IMG/VR virus record: IMGVR_UViG_3300021432_000002
Span: 124 to 64,123 of that record
Strand: one strand, 5' to 3'
From: a virus
Taxonomy: Duplodnaviria; Caudoviricetes
Length of the DNA: 64,000 nt
The notes under the pieces were generated by a model. That model had not been told where the DNA came from. It saw only the letters and a list, made by a program, of their open reading frames with translations, and did not search any database. This document shows positions 54,029-63,984 of the stretch, one piece after another (the first letter of the stretch is position 1; every line of letters begins with the position of its first letter). Both the position numbers and the translations under genes were made by a program.

Positions 54029-54766
54029 TTGAAAAGGATGGTTATTGAAACGACTGTGACCACCACTCCCACCCTCCCGCAGACCGTCGTCGTCGAAGGC
54101 CAGCTCCTCGAACTCATCAACGAGCTTCACCGCCTGCGCGCGGAGCGGGACCGCCTCGACGAACTCATCCAGTTCAAAAAGAGTCTCCTCCCGAAGGGGA
54201 TGGATATTCGCCCCGTGTGGGGGCCATGCACCCGCTGTGGCCGCACTTGGCGAGGGCATCGGCCCGACCGTCCGCCGCGGGGATGCCCTCAGTGTGGCTC
54301 GACGGGATGGCGCATACCGCCGACGACCGGGAACGCTCGCAGGCCGACGGATCCGCCCAATCCGAAGTGGCGGAGGAATCGCAAGACGGGATTGCCTTTC
54401 GATCCTGAGAATGTGCTAGGGCGCAAGACTGTCCGACGCAGGACGCGCATGGTGGAGGTCGAAGTGACGGCGCCCATGACGATTGAGAGGCCGAGGGATT
54501 CGGTGCGCGTGCGCGGCCTGACGCCCCCGCCGAGGCCGGAGGATGTGATGCCTCGGCCAGCGACGATACCTACGCCGTCAGTGAGATTCGCGGAGGACGC
54601 GGCCAAGGAATTCTATACGCCGGAAAAGGTGGAGCAGATTATCGGTGAACCGGACGACGGCGTTCCCGTCCGCATTAACGAGGACGGCAGTATAACCGAG
54701 TTGATAGAAGCGCCGGAGGGCGACGGCATCTGGCGCGGCGATGAGGAGGATTCCAATGGCAACTAG
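54029..54766 (+). CDS. Zn-ribbon protein (possible regulator)
   Basis: Coiled coil then CTRCG..W.......P..CPQCGS..W. Confidence 0.65.
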   Translation: MKRMVIETTVTTTPTLPQTVVVEGQLLELINELHRLRAERDRLDELIQFKKSLLPKGMDIRPVWGPCTRCGRTWRGHRPDRPPRGCPQCGSTGWRIPPTTGNARRPTDPPNPKWRRNRKTGLPFDPENVLGRKTVRRRTRMVEVEVTAPMTIERPRDSVRVRGLTPPPRPEDVMPRPATIPTPSVRFAEDAAKEFYTPEKVEQIIGEPDDGVPVRINEDGSITELIEAPEGDGIWRGDEEDSNGN

Positions 54767-55118
54767 CCTCGGGGACACTTACTTGGGCCTAGCCCACACC
54801 GCCGCCGTCCCCATCATCTCCGCCAAGCAGTCCCGTTGGCTCGACCAGCGCTGGCGCGAGTGGGAGCCCTTCATGGTGATGGCCGCGCGCCGCGAGTCCT
54901 CCGACCCCGCCAATCGGCTCTATCAATTCCGCGCCCTGCACCGCCAGCGCATCATCAAGCTCTTGCGTTCGGGCATCCGGCTAGGCATCATCAAGAAGCA
55001 TCGGCTGGATGATCCCACGAATGGCGACAATCGGTTCGAGTTCCTGCTCGCGGCGGCGATGGAACGCCGGCGCACGCGGATGGGAAGAGTCAAGGGAATC
55101 AAAAGGAGCAGAGTATGA
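54756..55118 (+). CDS. Hypothetical basic protein
   Basis: RBS GAGGAGGA. Confidence 0.55.
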   Translation: MATSLGDTYLGLAHTAAVPIISAKQSRWLDQRWREWEPFMVMAARRESSDPANRLYQFRALHRQRIIKLLRSGIRLGIIKKHRLDDPTNGDNRFEFLLAAAMERRRTRMGRVKGIKRSRV

Positions 55119-55645
55119 GTCCGACTGGACGTGAAACAGTGGTGAACAAGGCTCTCAGTGGCGGAGAGTTGAAGAAAATAATTCTTGCTGATTGCCAGAG
55201 ACTAGTCGATGCCGAGGGGCTTCTGAGCGAGCACATAGCGTTCGGTCGCGTGGCCTACTCCATCACCCTCCGCCTCCAGATCGATAATCCGTATGCGGCG
55301 AAGGACGGCGTGACCATCGTCTCGGTGCCGAAGCGCGACTCGTCCGGGCAACTCGGCGTCGTCGAATCCTTGCCGCTCGCGTCTCCCTCCCCGGCGACCG
55401 AGCTGGGCGCGATGACCCTCGACCGCAAGATTGACTCCCCCAACGCCGAGCGCCTCCGCGAGGGCCTGCCCGTGCCGGTTGTCGTCAAGGGACAGGATGG
55501 CACCACGCAGACCGAATCCATCAAGTATCCGCCGGATGCGTTCCCCGAATTGGGACCAGGGGAAGTCATCATCGCGGACGTGTCGGCGCAGGAGCGCGCG
55601 AGATTCGGGCTGGTGGAGCCGGAGACGCAACCCACAGCGAAATGA
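55115..55645 (+). CDS. Hypothetical protein
   Basis: ATGA coupling. Confidence 0.65.
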   Translation: MSPTGRETVVNKALSGGELKKIILADCQRLVDAEGLLSEHIAFGRVAYSITLRLQIDNPYAAKDGVTIVSVPKRDSSGQLGVVESLPLASPSPATELGAMTLDRKIDSPNAERLREGLPVPVVVKGQDGTTQTESIKYPPDAFPELGPGEVIIADVSAQERARFGLVEPETQPTAK

Positions 55646-55884
55646 ACTGGTTCACTAATCTCCGGTTGCTCGCGTTCATAAGGAGAGGTGTGGTGGCTCT
55701 CGAATCCCTCGCGGACTCGCAGCGCACCATCGCTAAGTTGGCGCAGGACCAATGGGAGAAGGAGAACGCCCCCATCCGCCGCCAGCCCGCCGTGTTCGGA
55801 ACGCTGGACCAGTCGGCCATCGACAAGCGACGCAAGGCGCAGCGCGAGGCACAGGGCGTACTGGTGGCGGAGGGCGACGAGTGA
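55642..55884 (+). CDS. Hypothetical protein
   Basis: ATGA/GTGA coupling. Confidence 0.55.
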   Translation: MNWFTNLRLLAFIRRGVVALESLADSQRTIAKLAQDQWEKENAPIRRQPAVFGTLDQSAIDKRRKAQREAQGVLVAEGDE

Positions 55885-56684
55885 CGCGCAATCCCTTCAA
55901 TCTGGCCGCCGCCTACGAGCGCCTCGGCGTCTCGCAGTCCGACGTGGAGCGCGGAATACAAATCACGCCCCAGTTGAAAGCCATCGCGTCCGTCATCCGG
56001 CGCGCGGGGCAGCCTCCGGTGACGAGGCGCATCGTATCCGGTAACGCAACCGCCGACATCGTGGAGGACACGAAGCACATCCCTCCCTACGGTCCCGGCT
56101 CCGACGTCCACCGCTCCTGGCCTTGGTACCTCCAGACTTCCTCCGACCCCGACGCGCGCAAGGTATTGGACGCCTACCACTCCATCATCAAATCCTTCCG
56201 CGTCTCGCTCCCGATCGAAGCCTTCTGCTTCGCCGCGTCCGTCTCGCCCCTACGCATTCTCGAAATCATCACCGCGACCTGCGTGCGTCTCGGCGCGCAG
56301 GCATCCTCCATCGTCGCCGCCGTCAATCACCCGCGCGTCGTCGAAAAGACGGTGGAGATGGCCCTCACGGACGGAGGCCATGAGGACCGCGCCGACTTGC
56401 ACAAGGCCGTCGGATTCCTGCCCACCGCGAAAGGCTCTCAGACCGTCATCCAGGTGACGCAGAACGCGCAGACCTCCGCGACTGCGCAGGCCGCGTCGGT
56501 CCCGGCGCCACCTGCCGAGCAGACCATCCGCCGGCTGGTCAATCGCTTTAATGAGCGCCCCAGCCCAGTGCTAGTGGAGGACACGGGGAGCGTCAGGGTG
56601 CCGGATGTGATGCCCCATGAGCAGGTGGAGGAGGCGGAACTCGTCTCGTCGGAGTCAGAAGAAGAAGAAGAGGAAAATCTGTAA
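55881..56684 (+). CDS. Terminase small subunit candidate
   Basis: Helical; ...QTVIQVTQN tail and acidic end; near TerL; positional call. Confidence 0.4.
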   Translation: MTRNPFNLAAAYERLGVSQSDVERGIQITPQLKAIASVIRRAGQPPVTRRIVSGNATADIVEDTKHIPPYGPGSDVHRSWPWYLQTSSDPDARKVLDAYHSIIKSFRVSLPIEAFCFAASVSPLRILEIITATCVRLGAQASSIVAAVNHPRVVEKTVEMALTDGGHEDRADLHKAVGFLPTAKGSQTVIQVTQNAQTSATAQAASVPAPPAEQTIRRLVNRFNERPSPVLVEDTGSVRVPDVMPHEQVEEAELVSSESEEEEEENL

Positions 56685-57677
56685 GTGAGTGACGAAATTA
56701 AAGGTGTGGTGCGCTACGGCGACTGCTGCGAAATCATGCGTCGCTGGATTGCGTCCGGCATCAAGGTCAATATGTGCGTGACCTCTCCGCCGTACTGGGG
56801 CTTGCGCGACTATGGCGTCAAGGGCCAGTTTGGGCTAGAGAAAACTCCTGACGAGTACGTGGCGAAGATGGTCGAAGTGTTCCGGCTGGTGCGGGAGATG
56901 TTGCAGGAGGATGGGACGCTGTGGTTAAACGTAGGGGACTCTTATAGTTCAAATGGTAAGGGTGGGCGTGACGCCGAAGTTCGCTCGCGTGGAAAAAATA
57001 TTCCGCGTGGGTCGTCTAGATGGGGAGGCGGAAACAACGAAGTCGCAGGACTGAAGTGTAAGGACTTAGTGGGCGTGCCGTGGATGTTGGCCTTCGCTCT
57101 GCGTGCCGATGGCTGGTATCTGCGGAGCGATATTATTTGGCATAAGCCTAATGCTATGCCTGAGAGCGTAAAGGATAGGCCAACGAAGGCCCATGAGTAT
57201 ATATTTTTATTAAGTAAGAACGAACGTTACTACTACGACGCAGATGCCGTCGCAGAGCCTTTTGTATTCCCAGAACGTCGCTACCGTAAGTTCACGGAAA
57301 ATCATAAGACTGGCCAACTAGCCTTACAGGGAAACCGTAGTACAACAGGGTTACATGATGGTCGAAGTCAGTATGGCGACCCTGAGATTGGCAAAAATAG
57401 ACGTACAGTTTGGAAGGTGCCCACAAAGCCTTTTTCCGGTGCCCACTTCGCAACCTTCCCTCCCGACCTCATTGCTCCCTGTATTCTCGCAGGCTCCCCT
57501 CCGCAGGGTATCGTCCTCGACCCATTCATGGGCTCCGGCACGACCGCACAGGTCGTGCTCCAACTCAATCGCCGCTATCTCGGATGCGAATTGAATCCCG
57601 CCTACGAGCCGCTCATCAACGCCCGCATCGCCAAAGTTTCACCTAAAGAGGAAGAGAAACCGATGGCCGCTGACTAG
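56685..57677 (+). CDS. Beta-class DNA amino-methyltransferase (N4-C/N6-A)
   Basis: VTSPPYW, IIWHKPN, HEYIFLL, HFATFP, VLDPFMGSGTT. Confidence 0.92.
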   Translation: MSDEIKGVVRYGDCCEIMRRWIASGIKVNMCVTSPPYWGLRDYGVKGQFGLEKTPDEYVAKMVEVFRLVREMLQEDGTLWLNVGDSYSSNGKGGRDAEVRSRGKNIPRGSSRWGGGNNEVAGLKCKDLVGVPWMLAFALRADGWYLRSDIIWHKPNAMPESVKDRPTKAHEYIFLLSKNERYYYDADAVAEPFVFPERRYRKFTENHKTGQLALQGNRSTTGLHDGRSQYGDPEIGKNRRTVWKVPTKPFSGAHFATFPPDLIAPCILAGSPPQGIVLDPFMGSGTTAQVVLQLNRRYLGCELNPAYEPLINARIAKVSPKEEEKPMAAD

Positions 57678-59914
57678 TGTACTCAGAAAAAATCGTCGCC
57701 GAGCGCCTCGCCCTCGCCCAAGCCGAGTTCGGCTTCCCTCTCGACTACAAGTCCATCGAGGAAGTCGAGGCGTTCGAGTCTCGTCTCATCCGCGAAGGCA
57801 AATACATCTATGATGAGGCTGGCCGACCAAAAGCCACGCAGAATCTCTCTGTATCCGACGCTCGGTGGATGCAAAACGAGCAAGCCCTCATTCTTTGCGA
57901 CGCAGCCTATGCGCTCACTCGCTACTGCTGGGTTAAGAATGAGAAGGGAGTCATTGAGAGATTTCACTTCCGCGTCCCGCAGCGCATCCTGTTTGAAATC
58001 ATCTGCGACATGGAGGAACGCGGAGCACCCATAGAAATAATGATTCTTAAAGCCCGGCAGCTAGGTATGTCTACGCTAGTCGAGTTGCTCGTTGCGCTCC
58101 GCATCATCTTCTCCTATGGCGTCAACGCAGTCATTGCCTCCGCCGACCAAACCAAGACTTCCGAAATGGCCAAGATGTTGTTCTTGTGTTACGACCTTCT
58201 CCCGTGCTGGATGCGTCCGGAGCCAACCTCCCGTGTGGAGTCTGAGCGCGGCAAGCTCCTCTTCGGGCAAAACGCTTCCGGTGTCAATTTTCAGCACGGC
58301 TCTCAGAAGTTCGGTATCGGCACGGGCACTACCCCCACCATCTACCACCTTTCAGAAGTGGCCCTCTATGGCGATTCCGCGATCATGCTCATCGACGAAG
58401 GCTTGTGGAAAGCGGTTCACGCCTCTCCTTCCATCTTCGGGATGCTCGAATCCACTGGCCGCGGCAACACTGGTTGGTGGGCCAAAACTTGGTATTACTC
58501 AAAAAAGGAATGGCCTTCCTGCCGGATGCGTCCCGTGTTCCTTCCTTGGTACTGCGGCGTGGAAATTTATCCCATGCCTTCCGATATGCAGACGCATCCG
58601 ATCCCGCACAACTGGTCCCCCGACAAGGAAACTCACGCCCATGCTGCGATGGCGGCGCTCTACGTGAAGTCCAATCCACTTCTGGAACGGCATCTCATCG
58701 CCGACCAGCAGCGTCGTGGCGTCTATACGGGCGAGTCTTGGCAACTCCCGCGGAACCAGCAATGGTTCTGGGAATGGAATCACCGGGAGGCCAAGTTCAA
58801 GGGCACGGAAGCATCCTTTTATCAGGAAATGGCCGGCAATGATGAAGAAGCCCTGCAACGCTCCACTGAGTCCGCGTTCGGCCATGCGACCATTCAGGAG
58901 ATCGACACCCGTCGCAAGCGTGAGTACGAGTGCTTTACGCTCACGGGCCAGTCTATCGAAGAGTCGCATGAAATTGCGCCGGAATACTTCGACCGCGTGA
59001 AGGAGAGGATTCCCGTCCGCTATGTATCATCTAAAGATACCTATCGTTGGGAATTGGTTCCGCTCAAACCCACTGAGCTGGACGAGGAAGATCCCGAGGA
59101 TGCCGATGGCGTGCTTATCATATTCCATCACCCGCGTCCGGGCGTCTCTTACTCCATTGGCGTTGATACCTCCGAGGGCAAGGGGCAGGATTCCACCTCT
59201 ATTTCCGTATGGACGACCGGACAGCGCGGAGAGCCGGATGTGCAGTGCGCGGAATTCTCCTCCTCGCACGTTAATCACGTCGAAGCCTTCGCCTTTATCC
59301 TCGCTATTGCCGCCTACTATAAAACGCACATGGCTCAGGGCATCACTCGCTGGAAGGAGCCTTATGTTTCCATTGAACAGGTCCAAGCGGTTGGGGACAC
59401 CGCACAGCTACAAATGGCGCGCATGGGTTACTCAAACTTTCACAAGATGCCGCGCTACGATGGCTCCCCAATGCGCATCCGACGCCAGAAGCGCGGCCCG
59501 ACCGCGAAGCGTGGCTGGTACACGTTCTCGTATACTCGTGCCATTCTCACGGGGAATTTTGTGCATTCCGCGCAAAACGGCTGGGCAGAGATCAATTCCC
59601 CTTGGCTCATTGAAGAGATGAAGCATTGGGAAGTGAAGATTACCGCCTCCGGTAAGGAGAAGTTAGAGCACGAAGAGGATTACCATGATGATCGTATCTT
59701 CGCGGCGGCGATGGCCATCTTCTGCCCGCACGACCTCGACGTGCTCGCGGACCGTTCCAAGAAGCGATTCGTGGAGCAGACGGCCCTGCCGCCCGTGGAT
59801 GTGACGCCCTATCGCGGTCAGGTTATCAACTCGGCGGACCTTCATGCGCGAAATACCTTGACTCTCGACGATGTTATCTATCAGGATTCCAGACTGGAGC
59901 GACTCAGCCGATGA
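57677..59914 (+). CDS. Terminase large subunit
   Basis: ILKARQLGMST Walker A, HLSEVA Walker B, ESTGRG, IGVDTSEG nuclease, HDDRIFA. Confidence 0.92.
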   Translation: MYSEKIVAERLALAQAEFGFPLDYKSIEEVEAFESRLIREGKYIYDEAGRPKATQNLSVSDARWMQNEQALILCDAAYALTRYCWVKNEKGVIERFHFRVPQRILFEIICDMEERGAPIEIMILKARQLGMSTLVELLVALRIIFSYGVNAVIASADQTKTSEMAKMLFLCYDLLPCWMRPEPTSRVESERGKLLFGQNASGVNFQHGSQKFGIGTGTTPTIYHLSEVALYGDSAIMLIDEGLWKAVHASPSIFGMLESTGRGNTGWWAKTWYYSKKEWPSCRMRPVFLPWYCGVEIYPMPSDMQTHPIPHNWSPDKETHAHAAMAALYVKSNPLLERHLIADQQRRGVYTGESWQLPRNQQWFWEWNHREAKFKGTEASFYQEMAGNDEEALQRSTESAFGHATIQEIDTRRKREYECFTLTGQSIEESHEIAPEYFDRVKERIPVRYVSSKDTYRWELVPLKPTELDEEDPEDADGVLIIFHHPRPGVSYSIGVDTSEGKGQDSTSISVWTTGQRGEPDVQCAEFSSSHVNHVEAFAFILAIAAYYKTHMAQGITRWKEPYVSIEQVQAVGDTAQLQMARMGYSNFHKMPRYDGSPMRIRRQKRGPTAKRGWYTFSYTRAILTGNFVHSAQNGWAEINSPWLIEEMKHWEVKITASGKEKLEHEEDYHDDRIFAAAMAIFCPHDLDVLADRSKKRFVEQTALPPVDVTPYRGQVINSADLHARNTLTLDDVIYQDSRLERLSR

Positions 59915-60159
59915 GGTATTTCATTGGACAAAAGGATATTGACTGGAGTGATGACCGTTGGCTTCGTAAAGGCGGTCGCGGCGAGGCTCCTGAGCGTCGT
60001 GATGGATACATCGGATTATTTGACCGCAACATTGGGGATTTCATCTGGTTCAAAATAGTTGAGCAGTGCGTTACTCGTTACGGGTATATCGTCGAGCGCG
60101 ACGAACCTGTTACCGGATATTGGGAGAAGGTGATTCTCCCCGAGGAAGTTCATGCGTAA
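59911..60159 (+). CDS. Hypothetical protein (AT-richer insertion)
   Basis: ATGA coupling. Confidence 0.5.
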   Translation: MRYFIGQKDIDWSDDRWLRKGGRGEAPERRDGYIGLFDRNIGDFIWFKIVEQCVTRYGYIVERDEPVTGYWEKVILPEEVHA

Positions 60160-60598
60160 GCCAGGGTGCATCGAACCCGTCATCTACTTCCGCTATCCCG
60201 ACGGCCATCTCGTCCTCGCTCCCTACTCGGATTTTCCCACGCCCCCCGACGCCATCCGCGAGGAAGCGGAAACGCTCATGCAGGTGGACGCGCTCGAACG
60301 CCGACTACAACAACAGGAACGCGACAACTGGGAACGTGAGTCTGTCCGCGACGCCAACCTTATCGACGCACGCAAACAATCCGTGCGTGACCGCATGATG
60401 TCGCGTCTCATGTCGGGGGCGACCTCCGAGTACGAAAAGGATTTCATCCGTGCGTGGTTCCAGTTGCGCGCGGACCACCCGCGCAAGAAGTATTACGCGG
60501 AGCAGTTCCAGTGCTACCTGACGGCGCGGCATTTTGACTTGGGCAACCGCCGCGCGGACACCGAAGAGTTTAATCCTGACCGTATTGTGGTGAAATAA
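60152..60598 (+). CDS. Hypothetical protein
   Basis: Lies between TerL and portal. Confidence 0.65.
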   Translation: MRKPGCIEPVIYFRYPDGHLVLAPYSDFPTPPDAIREEAETLMQVDALERRLQQQERDNWERESVRDANLIDARKQSVRDRMMSRLMSGATSEYEKDFIRAWFQLRADHPRKKYYAEQFQCYLTARHFDLGNRRADTEEFNPDRIVVK

Positions 60599-62629
60599 GT
60601 GGCCGATGACCAAGACAAAGCGAGGGAGTGGCAAGCGCCGAGTTCTGCTATGCCTGAGTCGAAGCGGCTCGGCTGGATAAATGAAAGTAGTGAAGAGGGA
60701 ATTTCTTGGATAAAGAATCAAAGAGGTAGCCGGGACTTCCGCCGCGCCCTCGACACCATCGCGGGCCTCGACACGGCCTCCGAGCGTATCGCCGAGTACC
60801 GCTCCAAAGTGAACCCGAATCGCCTCAAGCGCAACATGCGCGAGGTCATCGGCGCACTCTCGAAGCTCCGCCCGATGTGGGGCTACCACTCCGATAATAC
60901 CTCCTACGGCGAGCAAGCGGAGATGATGAACCGCGTCACCCGCGCATGGTACTTGGAAGCCTTCGCCGACCGCGCGGTCAAGGAAGCCTTACAATACGCG
61001 GCCTGCTCCAATCGCGGCTGGATTCATCCCATCTACCGCCGCGACCTCGCAGGCACGGGCAAGGGCGACATCAAACTCCTCACCTTCGGCGCGCCGTCCA
61101 TCGTCCCTAACCAACTCCCATCCTCTGGCGACTGGCAGGCCGCTTACGTCGTCCATATCCTCGACGAGTGGCCAGTCTACCTCGCGCACGGCATGTTCCC
61201 CGAGAAGCAACATCTCCTTCGCCCTACCGCCTCCCGCTACTGGTATTCCTCGGACATGATTCACCGCGCGGCTCAAGGGAACTGGTTGCAGCGCGCGTTC
61301 GGGAAGATCCGCGCGGGACGCGAATCCCCTCTCGCGGACCTTCTCGTCCCCATTCGCAAGTCCTATATCATCGACCTCACCGTGAACCGCACGGGCCGCG
61401 AACTCCCGATGGGCGAGGGCTCCTGGGCCTACCGCGTCCCATTCGTGGGCCAGCTTCTCCCCTCCGGCCAGAAGGCCAACGAAACGGACGCGCGGCTCTA
61501 CCCCTACCGCCGCCTCATCATCTCCTCGGACAACTGCATCACCTACGACGGCCCAGCGTTCGACTGGCATGGCATGTTCCCCGGCGTCTCCTTCTGCGTG
61601 GACGAGTGGCCTTGGGAGCCGCTCGGCTTCTCGCTCGCGCACGATGGCTACGAAATAAACGACGCCATCAAGAAAATCGCCCGCGGCAACATGGACAAGG
61701 TGTCTCAACAAATGAAGCCGTCGATGGCTTTCGACACCAACGCGACTTCCCTGAATGAGATGCGCGCCTTCGACCCGTGGGAGCCCAACGGTCGCTTCGG
61801 CTACGACGGCCAGGGCTCCGAAGGCCCTCCGGTGCAGCCAGCGCTTCCCGAGCACCTCACCAAGGTGATGCCCGAATCGATGGCGATGATTGACAAGTTC
61901 GAGGAGATGCTCGACAACCAGCTCGGCGTGCGCGACGCGATGGCCCTTGCTCGCGTGCGGGCTTCCGGCTCGATGGACGACATGGAGAAGGTGCTCGAAG
62001 CCTTCGGACCCATCATCGAGGACATTTCGCGCTCGATGGAGCCTCCGATGCGCGACCTCGGCGTGATGGTGAAATACCTAATCCTGCAATACTACACGAC
62101 GCCGCGCATCATGCAGATTGTGGGGCCGGACGGCGTGACGCCGCAGGTGTTCGATTACGACCCCGCGAAACTTGTCCCGTCGCACATGCCGGGCGAGTCC
62201 CCGGAAGGGCCGTCGAAGGAGAACGCCATCCGCCGCGCTCGCACCTTCGCCGACAATCTGCGCTTCTTCATCATGCCCAACTCCCTCCATGAAATCAGCC
62301 AGATGTCGCAGAAGCTCCTGATGCTCCAATTCAAAAAGGCCGGCGGTAAGATTGATTCGCAGACCATTGCCGAGGCGTGCAACTTCCCGTCCTACGGGCG
62401 CATCCCCGGCAACACCATCATCGAGAGGTGGAAGGCGGAACAGGAGATGGACCTCGAATTCGCCGCGCGACTCGCGGAAATAAAAGCTACCATTGCGCCC
62501 GATGCCGGAGGTGGTGCCTCTGGTCAGCCCCCAAAAAAGCAGGAGGGTAGGCCCCCGACGGGTCAAGCGAGCCCTGAATTAAAATCTAAGGAGGGGGGCC
62601 TCAGAAGCACAATAACTGAGTCCAAATAA
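60599..62629 (+). CDS. Portal protein
   Basis: 676 aa, after TerL; helical P22-portal-like layout (N.LK....E.I..L, G.SL......IN, ILQYYTTPR...I.G). Confidence 0.75.
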   Translation: MADDQDKAREWQAPSSAMPESKRLGWINESSEEGISWIKNQRGSRDFRRALDTIAGLDTASERIAEYRSKVNPNRLKRNMREVIGALSKLRPMWGYHSDNTSYGEQAEMMNRVTRAWYLEAFADRAVKEALQYAACSNRGWIHPIYRRDLAGTGKGDIKLLTFGAPSIVPNQLPSSGDWQAAYVVHILDEWPVYLAHGMFPEKQHLLRPTASRYWYSSDMIHRAAQGNWLQRAFGKIRAGRESPLADLLVPIRKSYIIDLTVNRTGRELPMGEGSWAYRVPFVGQLLPSGQKANETDARLYPYRRLIISSDNCITYDGPAFDWHGMFPGVSFCVDEWPWEPLGFSLAHDGYEINDAIKKIARGNMDKVSQQMKPSMAFDTNATSLNEMRAFDPWEPNGRFGYDGQGSEGPPVQPALPEHLTKVMPESMAMIDKFEEMLDNQLGVRDAMALARVRASGSMDDMEKVLEAFGPIIEDISRSMEPPMRDLGVMVKYLILQYYTTPRIMQIVGPDGVTPQVFDYDPAKLVPSHMPGESPEGPSKENAIRRARTFADNLRFFIMPNSLHEISQMSQKLLMLQFKKAGGKIDSQTIAEACNFPSYGRIPGNTIIERWKAEQEMDLEFAARLAEIKATIAPDAGGGASGQPPKKQEGRPPTGQASPELKSKEGGLRSTITESK

Positions 62630-62631
62630 AA

Positions 62632-63126
62632 ATGGCGAGGAGTGGAACCACTGAGCAGCTTAGGGCTAGAGCGACTAAGCATGGTCTTAAATATCATCGT
62701 CTGTATCAGATTTACTTGGATATGATGAACCGCTGTTATAACCCCAAGGTGAACGGATTTAAGTATTATGGTGCGCGGGGTATAAAAGTTTGTGATGCTT
62801 GGCGGCAAGATAGGACCATATTTTTCTCTTGGGCGCTTGTTGGCTGGAGGCGTGGCCTGACGTTAGACAGGCGCGAGAACGATGGAAACTACTCTCCTGA
62901 GAATTGTCATTGGGTAACGACTAGAAGGAACAATAGGAATCGCAGGTCCATCAAATTAAATCTTGCTGATGCTGCGGCGATTAAGGACCTTTTTGGTATT
63001 GGAGTGGGCTTATCGTTCTTGGCTGCGTTGTACGGAATTAAGTACCATACTGTCTATGCCGTTGCTCACGGAACTAATTGGCCCGATGCTGAACAATATA
63101 AGTGGACAGGCCGAGGATTTGAATGA
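62632..63126 (+). CDS. HNH homing endonuclease
   Basis: KHGL...RLY.I...M..RCYNP....YYGARGIKVC..W, LTLDRRENDGNYSPENCHW; AT-rich. Confidence 0.88.
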   Translation: MARSGTTEQLRARATKHGLKYHRLYQIYLDMMNRCYNPKVNGFKYYGARGIKVCDAWRQDRTIFFSWALVGWRRGLTLDRRENDGNYSPENCHWVTTRRNNRNRRSIKLNLADAAAIKDLFGIGVGLSFLAALYGIKYHTVYAVAHGTNWPDAEQYKWTGRGFE

Positions 63127-63335
63127 GCGTCCTTCAGTCACTCCCGCCGGAAGCAGCGCCGACCCACACGAACGAGACGCATCGTCTCGTCCGCGAGCGC
63201 TGCTTCCTTCCCTCCGAACTCGAGCGCGTCCTCCTGCTCGTCCACGAAGAACGCTTCACGGGTACGGTGACGCTTGATTGCTCGCAGGGTAGCCTGAATA
63301 TGATTCGGATGAACGAGCAGCAGAAGTTGAAGTAA
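63123..63335 (+). CDS. Small hypothetical protein (FTG.V.L...QG motif)
   Basis: ATGA coupling. Confidence 0.55.
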   Translation: MSVLQSLPPEAAPTHTNETHRLVRERCFLPSELERVLLLVHEERFTGTVTLDCSQGSLNMIRMNEQQKLK

Positions 63336-63395
63336 GGTATTTTCCCTAATTGACAAATCCCCGCATCGGCACTCACCCTTTGACGGAGGACCACA

Positions 63396-63797
63396 ATGCG
63401 AAAATTTCTTATCCTGACAACCGTCGTGTTTCTAGCGGCGCTACTCCTCCACGGACAGGCCGCCGCAGGCACGGGGCCAACGGCGTCGCTCAGTTTCCCA
63501 GTGCTTCCTTCACTCCCCTTGAACCTCCGCACGACGCCGACGCAATTCCTGTGGGACTACGACTTCACGCAGCCGAACTCCCGTGCCTGCATCAACACAA
63601 TCACAACGGGCTGCGTCAACGGCTTCACCGTTCAAGTCGTCAATCAGACAACCAACGCGGTCGTCTCCGGCCCGACCACCGTGGGCTTGATCGTCGCCGT
63701 GAGCACGACCGGACCTACCATAGGCTTTAGCGTTCCGTTCACCGCGCCTGCGACGCTCGGCAGCTACGCGATACAGGTGACGGTGAACTGGCAATAG
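63396..63797 (+). CDS. Secreted FN3/Ig-like protein
   Basis: RBS GGAGGA; signal peptide MRKFLILTTVVFLAALLLHG; Cys pair; GSYAIQVTV strand. Confidence 0.7.
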   Translation: MRKFLILTTVVFLAALLLHGQAAAGTGPTASLSFPVLPSLPLNLRTTPTQFLWDYDFTQPNSRACINTITTGCVNGFTVQVVNQTTNAVVSGPTTVGLIVAVSTTGPTIGFSVPFTAPATLGSYAIQVTVNWQ

Positions 63798-63813
63798 GGA
63801 GGTCGTAGAGACT

Positions 63814-63930
63814 ATGAATCCACAATCCGTGTTTCACCCCGGTGCCGCCGGACACCGCCTGCTAACGGGACTTGCGCTTATGATGGTTTACTTCGCGCCA
63901 GTCAGGGCAGTCGCGGGCTATCAGGTCTAA
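63814..63930 (+). CDS. 38-aa hydrophobic peptide or truncated gene
   Basis: Hand translation MNPQSVFHPGAAGHRLLTGLALMMVYFAPVRAVAGYQV; GGGAGG upstream. Confidence 0.35.
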   Translation: MNPQSVFHPGAAGHRLLTGLALMMVYFAPVRAVAGYQV

Positions 63931-63932
63931 GG

Positions 63933-63984
63933 GAACAATTTTATAATTTTGTTCTTGACAAGCCTTCCCGCTTCCTGTTTCACT
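63933..63984 (+). promoter_or_regulatory. Promoter for the head operon with abutting palindromic operator-like site
   Basis: GAACAATTTTATAATTTTGTTC near-palindrome directly before TTGACA-18-TTCACT (TG extended). Confidence 0.5.

Noticed and set aside
34941-57677. Two methyltransferases as a restriction-modification system
   Set aside because: No cognate restriction enzyme is adjacent; orphan phage methyltransferases are ordinary
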